From Oligoflexales bacterium (GTDB lineage Bacteria; Bdellovibrionota_B; Oligoflexia; Oligoflexales; JAPPIL01), in NCBI GenBank assembly GCA_965215515.1, contig OZ244057.1, positions 544,001 to 608,000 of the forward strand: a DNA stretch of 64,000 nucleotides. Direction: 5' to 3'. This document shows positions 1-8,748 of the stretch, piece by piece. Position 1 is the stretch's first letter, and each line of letters opens with the position of its first letter. Position numbers and translations under genes: made by a program. The notes under the pieces were generated by a model. That model was given only the letters and a program-made list of their open reading frames with translations, was not told the DNA's origin and did no database searches.

Positions 1-10
1 CACCTGACGA

Positions 11-1240
11 TCAGCTTTTTTGCAGCTCATGCTTAATGTCAGCTAGCTCTTTTGTGCTAACCTGTGTAACGTCACAGATCTGCTTGTCAGGCATACCTCT
101 CGCCAACATCCGCGCGACAACATCCCGCTGCTTCTGCTCTACGCCCTTGCGCATACCTTGCTCGATCCCTTGCTCGATACCCTGCTCGATACCCTGCTCG
201 ATACCTTGCTCGATACCTTGCTCGATACCTTGCTCGATACCCTGCTCGATACCTTGCTCGATACCTTGCTCGATACCCTGCTCGATACCCTGCTCGATAC
301 CTTGCCGCTTGCCCTTGCGCATACCCTGCCGTATGCCCTCTTGTCTCGCTCTATCAAGGCCAAATTCCATCTCTGGCATCAGTCTCTCTTCCTCCTTCAG
401 GTGTGGAAAACGCTTACGTTCAATCTCCGCAAACCCCCTCACGTCGTACCCCTTATCGGCACATTCGTAGTAGTCCATTAACACATTGAGCATAAACTCT
501 CGCTCCTGTTGTGGCAACAGGCGTGCCTTCTTGAGAATCTTGACCACTACCTCTTCGTCCATATCCCAGTAGTTACGTATGCCGAACAACGCCAAGCTCA
601 CCACCTCGCCTCCGCGGCGCATGCGACGGTAGGATAAATCGTGTAAGTTCACTAAAGGACAAGCAAAATTGGCAATTTTCTTCAGTTGCCGCCTCAACTC
701 TTCGGGTGCACCCTGCTTTTGCAGTGCCCAACTAAGGTAATCGGAGGGGATAACTGCTCTCTTGTCCTTGCCACAGGTGACGATGATGGGGAGGATGATG
801 CCGCCTGTCTGTTGGGCGATCTCGTTGTAATAGCCCAGCATCTGCAGGATGGTGTCGTTGTCACGGTAACTCTTGTGCTCCAAGATGATAGTGATGATGA
901 CACGGGCTTTGGAAGGCCACAACGGCACTTCCAGTACGATGTCAGCTCTGCGTTCCTGTCCCTTCCTTCCCGCTGCGGTGCTTTCGGTGATCTGCAGCGC
1001 GGGCCAATTGAAGATGGTGTAGAAGCTAGGGGAAAGCAAGACCTGTAGCAAGGCACGGCAGTGTTCGGGACGCTTGAAGATTGTCTTGAAGACGCTGTCA
1101 TGAGGGTGGGAGTGACGGGCTTTGGCAGCCTTGTGGCGCTGTCTTTTCTGCCCTATGCGTCTTCGTCGCCCAATCATGTTCACCCTGTCATGCTGTGCTC
1201 GATATTTTAACACGAGACTGAGCCTGAGTTTCGCCTCCAA
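11..1240 (-). CDS. Rpn family recombination-promoting nuclease / YhgA-like putative transposase
   Basis: N-terminal PHDSVFK motif, RADIV...EHKS PD-(D/E)XK core, and C-terminal (GIEQ)n repeats followed by an HTH-like tail, all typical of Rpn proteins. True start may be the ATG near 1178. Confidence 0.88.
   Translation of the reverse strand: MEAKLRLSLVLKYRAQHDRVNMIGRRRRIGQKRQRHKAAKARHSHPHDSVFKTIFKRPEHCRALLQVLLSPSFYTIFNWPALQITESTAAGRKGQERRADIVLEVPLWPSKARVIITIILEHKSYRDNDTILQMLGYYNEIAQQTGGIILPIIVTCGKDKRAVIPSDYLSWALQKQGAPEELRRQLKKIANFACPLVNLHDLSYRRMRRGGEVVSLALFGIRNYWDMDEEVVVKILKKARLLPQQEREFMLNVLMDYYECADKGYDVRGFAEIERKRFPHLKEEERLMPEMEFGLDRARQEGIRQGMRKGKRQGIEQGIEQGIEQGIEQGIEQGIEQGIEQGIEQGIEQGIEQGIEQGIEQGMRKGVEQKQRDVVARMLARGMPDKQICDVTQVSTKELADIKHELQKS
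157..300. repeat. 12-bp in-frame tandem repeat (about 12 copies) encoding GIEQ in the Rpn C-terminus
   Basis: Repeated (c/t)tgctcgatacc units read directly in the sequence. Confidence 0.95.
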
Positions 1241-1268
1241 AATTGTAAAGCATTGATATTATTAAAGT

Positions 1269-2078
1269 TTATGAGACACGGGGCACGGGCAGTTTTACGA
1301 GGTTGCAGAAATTATGCAACACTTGTCGGCGTGCTTCCGTCTCACTGAGGCTACGGACGGTGGCCAGGTGTGCGATAGTGAGCGCGACATTCTGCGGCTC
1401 ATTGCGTGTGCCGCGCACGGGGGCAAGCCACGGGGCATCGGTCTCGGTTAAAATATACTCGATAGGCAAAGTGGCAAGCATGCGTTGAAACCCTTGATGG
1501 ACATGTGAGTTGGTAGGGATAGAAAAATAATAACCCTGTTCTTCCGCCAAGCGTTGCGCGAGTTTTGTTTTGCCGCAAAAACAGTGCAAATTGACACGGC
1601 GCACCCCGTGATGCACAAGTATTTCCGCGATACGGCGTTCACGTTTACGGCTGTGCACAATGACGGGCAAATCATGCTGCATGGCAATTGCACACAACTC
1701 CAGAAAGACCCGCTCCTGTGCGGCGAAAGTCTCCTCCCCGACCAAATGCCCGTCAAGACCACACTCGCCAATGGCAAGCAGCTTGCCCTGAGCAGCCTGT
1801 GTCGCGATGAAAGCAACCTCATCAGCGACGGAAAAATGTTCTACAGCATACGTGTGGGGCAACATGTCCACCACAGCCTCGACAGGGTAGATGCCGAGGG
1901 CAGGCTGCACCACCTCGTACTGTTCCGCCATCGCCAAAATAGCACGGTTAGACCGCGGCTCAAGACCGTTGACGACGATATGACTCAAACCACGGGTAAC
2001 CGCCTTAGCGATTACCATGTCAAGATCAGCAGCGAAACGCGCATGCGTCAGATGAGTGTGGATATCGATGTAAGACAT
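1269..2078 (-). CDS. tatD: TatD family DNase/hydrolase
   Basis: DIHTHL, GECGLD, HSR, LHCF, ETDAPW and RNEP motifs. Confidence 0.93.
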   Translation of the reverse strand: MSYIDIHTHLTHARFAADLDMVIAKAVTRGLSHIVVNGLEPRSNRAILAMAEQYEVVQPALGIYPVEAVVDMLPHTYAVEHFSVADEVAFIATQAAQGKLLAIGECGLDGHLVGEETFAAQERVFLELCAIAMQHDLPVIVHSRKRERRIAEILVHHGVRRVNLHCFCGKTKLAQRLAEEQGYYFSIPTNSHVHQGFQRMLATLPIEYILTETDAPWLAPVRGTRNEPQNVALTIAHLATVRSLSETEARRQVLHNFCNLVKLPVPRVS

Positions 2079-3099
2079 ACACGCGCCTCAGCAAAGCAAA
2101 CAACAGCGGCAACGACAATACCATTAAACCATAACGAGAAGCCGCTGGCGAGGACGAGATTGTGCCACACCCACCGCCAAAATCAGCATCGTCGCGGGCA
2201 GAAGCCACCTCCGCAACTTGCGTCGTGATACCGAGATAACCATGCGCAGATCTGCGCGTGTCAATTATCTGCGCGACAGCCTGACGGACGATGTTCGCAG
2301 GCACCGCGAAACCCACATTATCGCCACCGTCGATGCTTGCCGTATTGACCCCCACCACCCGTCCTTGCATATTGAGCAGGGGGCCACCGCTATTGCCTGG
2401 GTTAAGCGCGGCATCGGTTTGAATGAAATTGCCCACAGCCGTATGGCCATCCAAGTTGCCACGGTTTAAAGCCGACACAATGCCTTTAGAAACACTGCCC
2501 CTGAGAGCATACGGGGCTCCTAAAGCTATCACGCTCTCCCCCACCTCTAGACTACCGCTGTCGTCGATCAATGCCAACTGAGCAAACCCCTCAGGGTTGA
2601 AACCACTGACCTGCACAACCGCAATGTCCGTGTCCTCGTCCACACCCACCACCGCCACCGCGCCAACACCTTCGCCGTTCGCTAACTTCAGAGTGGTATA
2701 TATATTGCCCGCGACAACATGCGCATTGGTAACGACATAGCCATTCTCGAGATCGACAAAAAAACCCGAACCCCTCACAGGATAGATCGCGAGCGAGTCG
2801 GGCCGCTCAGGAAGACGACGCGGCCAAGGAAAAATGTGCCGAGCCAACTCAAGCAAACTCGGCCCAACTTCCTCCGCGAGGTCATTCTCACGCATGCCAG
2901 CGATGAACACCAATGCCTTGCTCGCCTCTCGCACGATCTCAGGTACAGTAAGGTTCAGCTCCTTCCCCCTCTCTAGAGGAAAATCATAAGCCTGCAGCCC
3001 CGTTGCCAGTAGCATCATTATCAGACAACGGGTAATGTTTTGAATAAGCAACTGTTTTTCTCCATTAAAAAATATAAAATAACCATGTAGTTGTATCAT
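2026..3099 (-). CDS. HtrA/DegP-like trypsin serine protease without PDZ domain, with a C-terminal GGGC-TM-RR anchor
   Basis: GSGF, TNAHV (His), DTDIAV (Asp) and NPGNSGGPL (Ser) motifs; C-terminal GGGCGT plus hydrophobic helix plus RR. Start probably later (~3018). Confidence 0.88.
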   Translation of the reverse strand: MIQLHGYFIFFNGEKQLLIQNITRCLIMMLLATGLQAYDFPLERGKELNLTVPEIVREASKALVFIAGMRENDLAEEVGPSLLELARHIFPWPRRLPERPDSLAIYPVRGSGFFVDLENGYVVTNAHVVAGNIYTTLKLANGEGVGAVAVVGVDEDTDIAVVQVSGFNPEGFAQLALIDDSGSLEVGESVIALGAPYALRGSVSKGIVSALNRGNLDGHTAVGNFIQTDAALNPGNSGGPLLNMQGRVVGVNTASIDGGDNVGFAVPANIVRQAVAQIIDTRRSAHGYLGITTQVAEVASARDDADFGGGCGTISSSPAASRYGLMVLSLPLLFALLRRVYVLHRYPHSSDACAFRC

Positions 3100-3179
3100 A
3101 TATTTTTTTTAAGCAAAGATTATAAAGGTAAAGTCTTATAATTACAGGGAGGTGACCTCAGCCTTGCTGCGCTGCTGCA

Positions 3180-3890
3180 TCACAATTCCGCCGCGGCACA
3201 GCCTGTGGCGGGGGAGGCGTGGTCGTTAAGGTAGGCACTGATGTCATTCATGTGCCCGCGCACAGCGTTTGCCCAGCCGTTGTCGGAGGCGTACATGCAG
3301 CTCATCCCCGCCAACGATGCGCCACAATCTTGTCTGCTACAGCCTCCCTGGCGGGAATAGCGTGGGAAGTGTGCGGGTGGGTCGCAGGATTTGTAGAAGC
3401 GCCCGTCAGGACTCAGGTAGGAGTGCTTGATGCGATTGAAGACAGTATTGAAGCCTTGCGTGTAGGAAACGAAGGTCGCAGCACGATATTCTTGACCATC
3501 GACGGCATTCCAGCCCCAGAGGTTGTGTCTCCCACGTGCGATAGAGCTAGTACCCCAGCCTGACTCGTGAATAGACAGCGCCAGGGCGAAGATAGGGTTG
3601 ATGCCATACAGTTCCTTAACCAGCATCAAGCCACGCAGTAGATCATCGATATCACCCTGCCCCTTGCCCTCCTGCTTGAACGGTGTGGTCGCATAACGGC
3701 GGGCAAGGTTTTTGTTCAGCACGTAGGTACGCAAGGCATCGATGGTGGTCGTATCGGCTTGCAACAAGTCCCTGCTGTAAACATCACCACAAGGCAGACC
3801 ATCGCCACACGCAAATTTAGTCAAGGCATGCGTCTCACCCCTACCACATCCGTGCAATACCAGAAAGGAGAAAGCTAACAACACCTGCAT
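3180..3890 (-). CDS. glucosaminidase-domain (GH73-like) peptidoglycan hydrolase, putative lipoprotein
   Basis: YGINPIFALALSIHESGWGTS, NLWGW and YASD..W motifs; lipobox-like LVLHGC after the ATG at 3890. Confidence 0.8.
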   Translation of the reverse strand: MQVLLAFSFLVLHGCGRGETHALTKFACGDGLPCGDVYSRDLLQADTTTIDALRTYVLNKNLARRYATTPFKQEGKGQGDIDDLLRGLMLVKELYGINPIFALALSIHESGWGTSSIARGRHNLWGWNAVDGQEYRAATFVSYTQGFNTVFNRIKHSYLSPDGRFYKSCDPPAHFPRYSRQGGCSRQDCGASLAGMSCMYASDNGWANAVRGHMNDISAYLNDHASPATGCAAAEL

Positions 3891-4091
3891 CAACACACCC
3901 GACCATCCGCGCGTTATATCTACAATTCTAACATGTTCCGCCCCTCCACACGTATTTGTCTCCCTCAGCAGAGGCAACTTCTGCAGCTGCAACTATCTAA
4001 AATAAAACAAACAATTAGCTGAGCTAAAGCTCTCTCCAGAAATTCCGAAGTGTCGGCACGGAGTAGGCCCTGAGGAAAGGAGGAAAGCAGC

Positions 4092-4622
4092 GTGAAAATT
4101 TTGTCGCTGTCCATCGCCGTGTTGCTGTGTACTAGTGCCAGCATCGCCCTAGCTGAAGAGCACGTCGCTCACGAGCATACTGACCAGCACAGTGTGCCAA
4201 CAGATGGCGATGAGTTGGTGGAGATGCCCCTGCGCCGCTACATCATAGGCGGAGCAGTAGGTACACTCTTCGGTTTTGGTATCGGGCACGCAGTGCAGAA
4301 ACGCTATCTTGCCGACGGCTGGCTGTATACCCTAGGTGAGCTCAGCGGTGCAGTACTGATGGGAACAGGCTTTTTTCACACACACGTCTGCAAAAAGGAA
4401 GAAGGTCTCGACCGTGCTAGCTGTACCGATCGCGGTGAAATGATGGCCTTCGCTGGCTATCTCATGGTTGCAGGCTGGAGAGTTGCGGAGATCGTCAACG
4501 TGTGGCTGCCGCCCGAAGACCGCTATCTCATCGTCGACGGACAAGCACGGCGCAATAAACCGCGTGTGCTGCCCGTCTTCAATACCTGGTCATACGGCCT
4601 GGCACTCATCACGCCGCTGTAG
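4092..4622 (+). CDS. hypothetical exported/membrane protein
   Basis: Strong SD (aaggagg), signal peptide, and hydrophobic GGAVGTLFGFGIGHAVQ segment. Confidence 0.7.
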   Translation: MKILSLSIAVLLCTSASIALAEEHVAHEHTDQHSVPTDGDELVEMPLRRYIIGGAVGTLFGFGIGHAVQKRYLADGWLYTLGELSGAVLMGTGFFHTHVCKKEEGLDRASCTDRGEMMAFAGYLMVAGWRVAEIVNVWLPPEDRYLIVDGQARRNKPRVLPVFNTWSYGLALITPL

Positions 4623-4685
4623 ACTGCGTGTTTGCCACGATGCCCGTGTCGCTCAGGCATTCAGCGAGTGCAGCGAGTGCAGCGA

Positions 4686-5102
4686 TCACTGAACACTGAA
4701 CGCACTAAACGGCGGTTTATACGGCGGCGGGACATCCTGTGCAGGTTTTGTCAGCTCAGGGGAAGAATACCCAGCGGGCCTACCGTGAATCATACGATCT
4801 GACAGCAGCTCTTGATATTTTACCGCAAGGGGCATATCTGCACGCAGGAAGACCTCCATCTCCTCTGGAGAACGAGGGTTAACCCTCAACAAGGCCCTAT
4901 ACGCCGCAGACATTTCCCCGATGACAAGCCTAGCCTGTGGCAGCGAACTGACCTGCCCTACCGCATTGCGCAACAGACCGACACCACCCTGAACCGTACC
5001 GCCCGCACACAACGCACCCCCACACGCCAGCAGGCACGCCAGCCTCTTCGCCAAAACTCCCCCCACCATGCCGATTCCTCCATAAAATATTAAAAACAAC
5101 AA
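4686..5102 (-). CDS. hypothetical protein, possibly secreted
   Basis: ORF with SD-like ggagg before an ATG near 5069 and a signal-peptide-like N-terminus. Confidence 0.45.
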   Translation of the reverse strand: MLFLIFYGGIGMVGGVLAKRLACLLACGGALCAGGTVQGGVGLLRNAVGQVSSLPQARLVIGEMSAAYRALLRVNPRSPEEMEVFLRADMPLAVKYQELLSDRMIHGRPAGYSSPELTKPAQDVPPPYKPPFSAFSVQ

Positions 5103-5242
5103 ACATTGCTCTTCTATCTGTGATATAACTATGCTGTCAAGCCTTTTTTTTTAAAAAATATATTACCGACAGAGCTTGAGGGTCGAGCTTACCTTGCCGA
5201 CAAGGGGGGCGGGGTAGGTTAAGCACTGCGGTAGGGCCGGTC

Positions 5243-6871
5243 ATGTCGTCTCCTACGGTCAAGCAATTGCAGACAAAACTGTATCGGCAAGCACGCTCTG
5301 CTGCGCAGGAGTTGATTGCAGGTGACGATGTTGCCATCATCGGATATTCACGCAAATTTGAACAAAGTCTACCTCGCCGTTTCAAAAAAATAAATCGTGA
5401 AGATTTTTTTACAGGTATTGTTAGTGCTGACATTATTCTGTACGGTGATTTTCACACGCTCAAGCAGTCACAAAAAGGTTTCGTATGTCTACTGCAGGAA
5501 TTAGCAGTGTTCGATCCTGCACGCCCACGTCTTATCGCGATGGAAGCTTTTCAAGCCACCCAGCAAGATGTGCTGGATAAATTTCAACAACAAAAAATCG
5601 ACGAGCAGCAATTTTTGCAAAGCGTAGATTACGAAAAAACTTGGGGGTTTCCGTGGCAAAATTACCAGCGTATCGTTGCCTATGCGATCGCGGAAAAAAT
5701 TCCCATCTTCGGCATCAACAGTGTGAAAAGCAAAGGTAAAAACAAACTCACCCAACGTGATCGTTTCTGCGCTCGAAAACTTGCCCAACTGACACAGCGA
5801 TTTCCGCACCATCAAATACTGTGCATCACAGGTGAATACCATCTTGCTGACCAACAACTGCCTGCGGCGTTAACAAATAGTCTGCAAAAAACAAAAACCA
5901 AATACAAAAAAGTTGTGCGTATTGTTGCTAACATAGATCAGTATTATTTTGGTTTAAACTTTCCCTCCGAGTTCACTATTAGCCACTACCTCTACTTGAA
6001 AAAAAATCTCTACTGCTTGATGGATACACCCCCGTGGGTAAAGTGGCATTCCTATACTTTTTGGGAAGAGCAACGCAGCGATAGTGAACAACTAGATAGC
6101 AGTGAACGACTCTATAACGAAATTATGATCGATCTTGATTACCATGTGTTATCGCTGGTGTCTGATTTGGTTAAGTTTTTTAAATTTTCCAGCAATCCCG
6201 TCATCCTAACTTTGTTCAATATTGTCTCTGGCGAGCCAGAAAAAATTATTCGTCAAGCACAGCGACAAAAACTTGTTTCACCCTGTGAGTTAAAAGCAGT
6301 AGCTGTGCGTCTAGCACTGGATGAATTTTTTTATGTTGATAAAAGCAAAACAATTTTGTTGACAAAAATATCGCTCAATAATCTTGCCGAAGCTGCGGGA
6401 CAGTTTCTCTATGAGACCGTTGCACGGGCAAATTTTAAAAAAACTGCGCTCAATAACTTTTACCAACGAGTAATAAGATTTTCTCTCGGTATTCTTTGCT
6501 CTAAAATTATCAATCCCAAACGTAAGCTTACCAACTACTATCGTTACGTCGATATCGCCCAAGGCAAAGAACATGTCGATCGTGAACAGCGTGAGGTCGC
6601 ACGTGAAATTGTGCGTTTCCACAGCTGGATGTTGCACCGTGTCGAGCACTGTGATGGGCACATTGTGCGTCATCTCCAGCGCACGGTAGCGATGGATGAA
6701 CGAGTTGCGTTTGAAATCTCCAAAGCACTGGGGAAGATTATCGGGGTAAAAATTTATCGACAAACGATCAAGCATCACACGCCCGCGGCGGAAATACGAG
6801 AGCTTTTTCAGCCACAACCACCCTCACACCAGCCCTGGCATGTGGTAGTCGCCATGTATCGCTGTTTTTAG
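5243..6871 (+). CDS. ChaN/Tiki-superfamily domain protein with long C-terminal extension
   Basis: IILYGDFH, IAMEAF, WGFPW..Y, RD and GEYHL motifs characteristic of ChaN-like domains. Confidence 0.65.
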   Translation: MSSPTVKQLQTKLYRQARSAAQELIAGDDVAIIGYSRKFEQSLPRRFKKINREDFFTGIVSADIILYGDFHTLKQSQKGFVCLLQELAVFDPARPRLIAMEAFQATQQDVLDKFQQQKIDEQQFLQSVDYEKTWGFPWQNYQRIVAYAIAEKIPIFGINSVKSKGKNKLTQRDRFCARKLAQLTQRFPHHQILCITGEYHLADQQLPAALTNSLQKTKTKYKKVVRIVANIDQYYFGLNFPSEFTISHYLYLKKNLYCLMDTPPWVKWHSYTFWEEQRSDSEQLDSSERLYNEIMIDLDYHVLSLVSDLVKFFKFSSNPVILTLFNIVSGEPEKIIRQAQRQKLVSPCELKAVAVRLALDEFFYVDKSKTILLTKISLNNLAEAAGQFLYETVARANFKKTALNNFYQRVIRFSLGILCSKIINPKRKLTNYYRYVDIAQGKEHVDREQREVAREIVRFHSWMLHRVEHCDGHIVRHLQRTVAMDERVAFEISKALGKIIGVKIYRQTIKHHTPAAEIRELFQPQPPSHQPWHVVVAMYRCF

Positions 6872-7389
6872 TTTTGCAGAGAGGTATCTACACTACCAAA
6901 CAAGCAGGCTTTATCCCCGCCCCCTCGGCTATTCACCAACTCACTACCGTGCGACGCGGCGGTGAGAACGATGGCGGGCTTGTGAACGACTTCGATGCCG
7001 CCCTGCGGCAGAAGGTGCAGTGAGCTACGGTCATGGTAGCCCCGCTGGTAGTAGACACGGCGCACCGAGCCGAGGTTAATAAGACGCTTGGCACAGCGTG
7101 CGCACGGCAGATGTGTGACGAAAACAAGCTTGTCTTGCGCTCGCGGTGTATCACAGTGGATGACCGCGTTTTCTTCCGAGTGCAAGCAACCGCAGTTTCC
7201 CCGCTCGTCACGATCACAGCAGTTGGGCAAACCGCGCGCATTGCCGTTGTAGCCGATGGCCAGCACCTTGTGATAGTCCGTAGTAGTGATGACCGTACCC
7301 ACCTGCAGACGCTTGCAAGTCGAACGCTGTGCTAAGTGTTGTGCAAAGGCGAGAAATATGTCCTCGAACGCAGGGCGAGCAGCAACCAT
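6868..7389 (-). CDS. dCMP deaminase (ComEB-like) zinc-dependent deaminase
   Basis: RSTC..LQVG, GYNG, HSEENA and PCARC motifs. Confidence 0.88.
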   Translation of the reverse strand: MVAARPAFEDIFLAFAQHLAQRSTCKRLQVGTVITTTDYHKVLAIGYNGNARGLPNCCDRDERGNCGCLHSEENAVIHCDTPRAQDKLVFVTHLPCARCAKRLINLGSVRRVYYQRGYHDRSSLHLLPQGGIEVVHKPAIVLTAASHGSELVNSRGGGDKACLFGSVDTSLQN

Positions 7390-7392
7390 AGC

Positions 7393-7668
7393 TTAAGGCG
7401 AGCAGACCTTCTTCAGCAAAAGGTGCAGGCGTTTGGTTCTGCGTGCAACGGTGTTCTTGGGCAGAATGTTCTTGCGCCAGGCACGTGCCAGCAACGACTG
7501 TGCGGTACGGAAGACAGACTGAAGCTGGTCCTGATCGATGTCGGCCGCGCTGGCTGCCGTGCGAAAGTTTTTCACCGCGGTGCGTACCCGCGACAGGTAC
7601 TGCTTGTTGCGCAGTTGGCGTTGGTGATCGGTCTTGATGCGTTTCTTGGCTGATTTGTGATGTGCCAT
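7393..7668 (-). CDS. rpsT: 30S ribosomal protein S20
   Basis: MAHHKSAKKRIK...RNK..LSRVRTAVK...KNTVARR. Confidence 0.96.
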   Translation of the reverse strand: MAHHKSAKKRIKTDHQRQLRNKQYLSRVRTAVKNFRTAASAADIDQDQLQSVFRTAQSLLARAWRKNILPKNTVARRTKRLHLLLKKVCSP

Positions 7669-7689
7669 GTGCTCACTTAATACTTGTGT

Positions 7690-7890
7690 TTACGTCGCAG
7701 CAGCCTTGCGCTGCCCCCCGCGTTTGATCGCAACCTTGCCGCTTCTGGCTGATTTCGTGGGGGCAGTCTTAGGGGCAACAACCGTCCTGGCGGTGACAGT
7801 TGCCCGCAACCTTCTCTGCTGCTCCTTGCGGCGTTTCTGCCCGCGGCGGCGAAGCATCTTTGCAGTACGGCGATTATCACCCCGTCCCAC
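7690..7890 (-). CDS. small, very basic protein between rpmB and rpsT (MGRGD start, Thx/bS31-like N-terminus)
   Basis: GTG start overlaps the rpmB TAG, with SD ggagg upstream; K/R-rich 66 aa. Confidence 0.6.
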   Translation of the reverse strand: MGRGDNRRTAKMLRRRGQKRRKEQQRRLRATVTARTVVAPKTAPTKSARSGKVAIKRGGQRKAAAT

Positions 7891-8117
7891 TACCCCTGTC
7901 CTCCCTTGGACGCGACATAGTTATCAATCCCCACCTTATCCAGCGTGCGCAAAGTCGCAGCCGCCACCCGCAAGGTCACGAAACGCCCTCGTGCAGGCGA
8001 CCAGATCCGCTTGCGGTGCAAATTAGGCAGAAAACGATGCCGCCGCCTGTTTTTGGCATGCGACACACGGCAACCGCTCTGTACTCCCCTCGCACTCAAT
8101 TGACAACGCCTTGCCAT
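7890..8117 (-). CDS. rpmB: 50S ribosomal protein L28
   Basis: MARRCQL...G..VSHAKNR..HRFLPNL...LRTLDK.G. Confidence 0.96.
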   Translation of the reverse strand: MARRCQLSARGVQSGCRVSHAKNRRRHRFLPNLHRKRIWSPARGRFVTLRVAAATLRTLDKVGIDNYVASKGGQG

Positions 8118-8126
8118 TCCTCATCC

Positions 8127-8423
8127 CTACCAGCGATCAGAAACACCCGCCGCGGCCGCCGACGCGGTCATTTCACCCGCAAAACCACGTTCAGTGCAGT
8201 GCGAGACCGTGTACGGCAACAAGGCCAGATAGCGGGCACGCTTGACCGCCTTAGCTATTTTACGCTGCTGCGCTGCCGTTGCTCCTGAGATACGACTGGG
8301 AATTATCTTGCCACGATCGGTGATGAAACGCTTCAGAATGTCAGGACGGCGGTAATCGATCAGCACATCGGGGTCGAGAAACTTCTTGCGACGCGGTAAC
8401 AGCCGTCGGCGCTTCTTGTACAT
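8127..8423 (-). CDS. rpsR: 30S ribosomal protein S18
   Basis: [25 protein letters not shown]...QR...[14 protein letters not shown]; lacks Zn-binding Cys (C-minus form). Confidence 0.96.
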   Translation of the reverse strand: MYKKRRRLLPRRKKFLDPDVLIDYRRPDILKRFITDRGKIIPSRISGATAAQQRKIAKAVKRARYLALLPYTVSHCTERGFAGEMTASAAAAGVSDRW

Positions 8424-8748
8424 AAGGACTAACTCCACCAAACCTCACGGGCGGGGAGGATAGATAAGGCGAGAGAAAATTGCAAGTTTTTTATGCCCCC
8501 TTGTTAACTTCTGCCGACAACATCACTCTCAAGCATCGCCTATCTTGACATGGCGCACCAGATGACAAAGAAAGAAACCCGCACAGGGGAATTTAAGCAT
8601 TGTCTTGTCCCCCTACCGTGTGTTAGCCCTGGCGGGCCTTGCGTGGACATGTGATGACTTACACTTACGCGATCTTGTACGTGTGTGATCCCGATGGTTT
8701 TTTAGTGGACATTGGCTCGCCGCTGGATGCTGCTTAAGGCTACGCAGA

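Noticed and set aside
157..300. Tandem repeats as a CRISPR array (also 19459-19724 and 33361-33469)
   Set aside because: Head-to-tail in-frame coding repeats with no unique spacers and no cas genes
4662..4710. Short repeats cagcgagtg x3 and cactgaa x2 between convergent genes
   Set aside because: Too short and low-copy to assign any function
7677..7880. Alternative-frame 67-aa ORF between rpmB and rpsT
   Set aside because: The 7690-7890 frame has the coupled start, SD and ribosomal-protein-like composition
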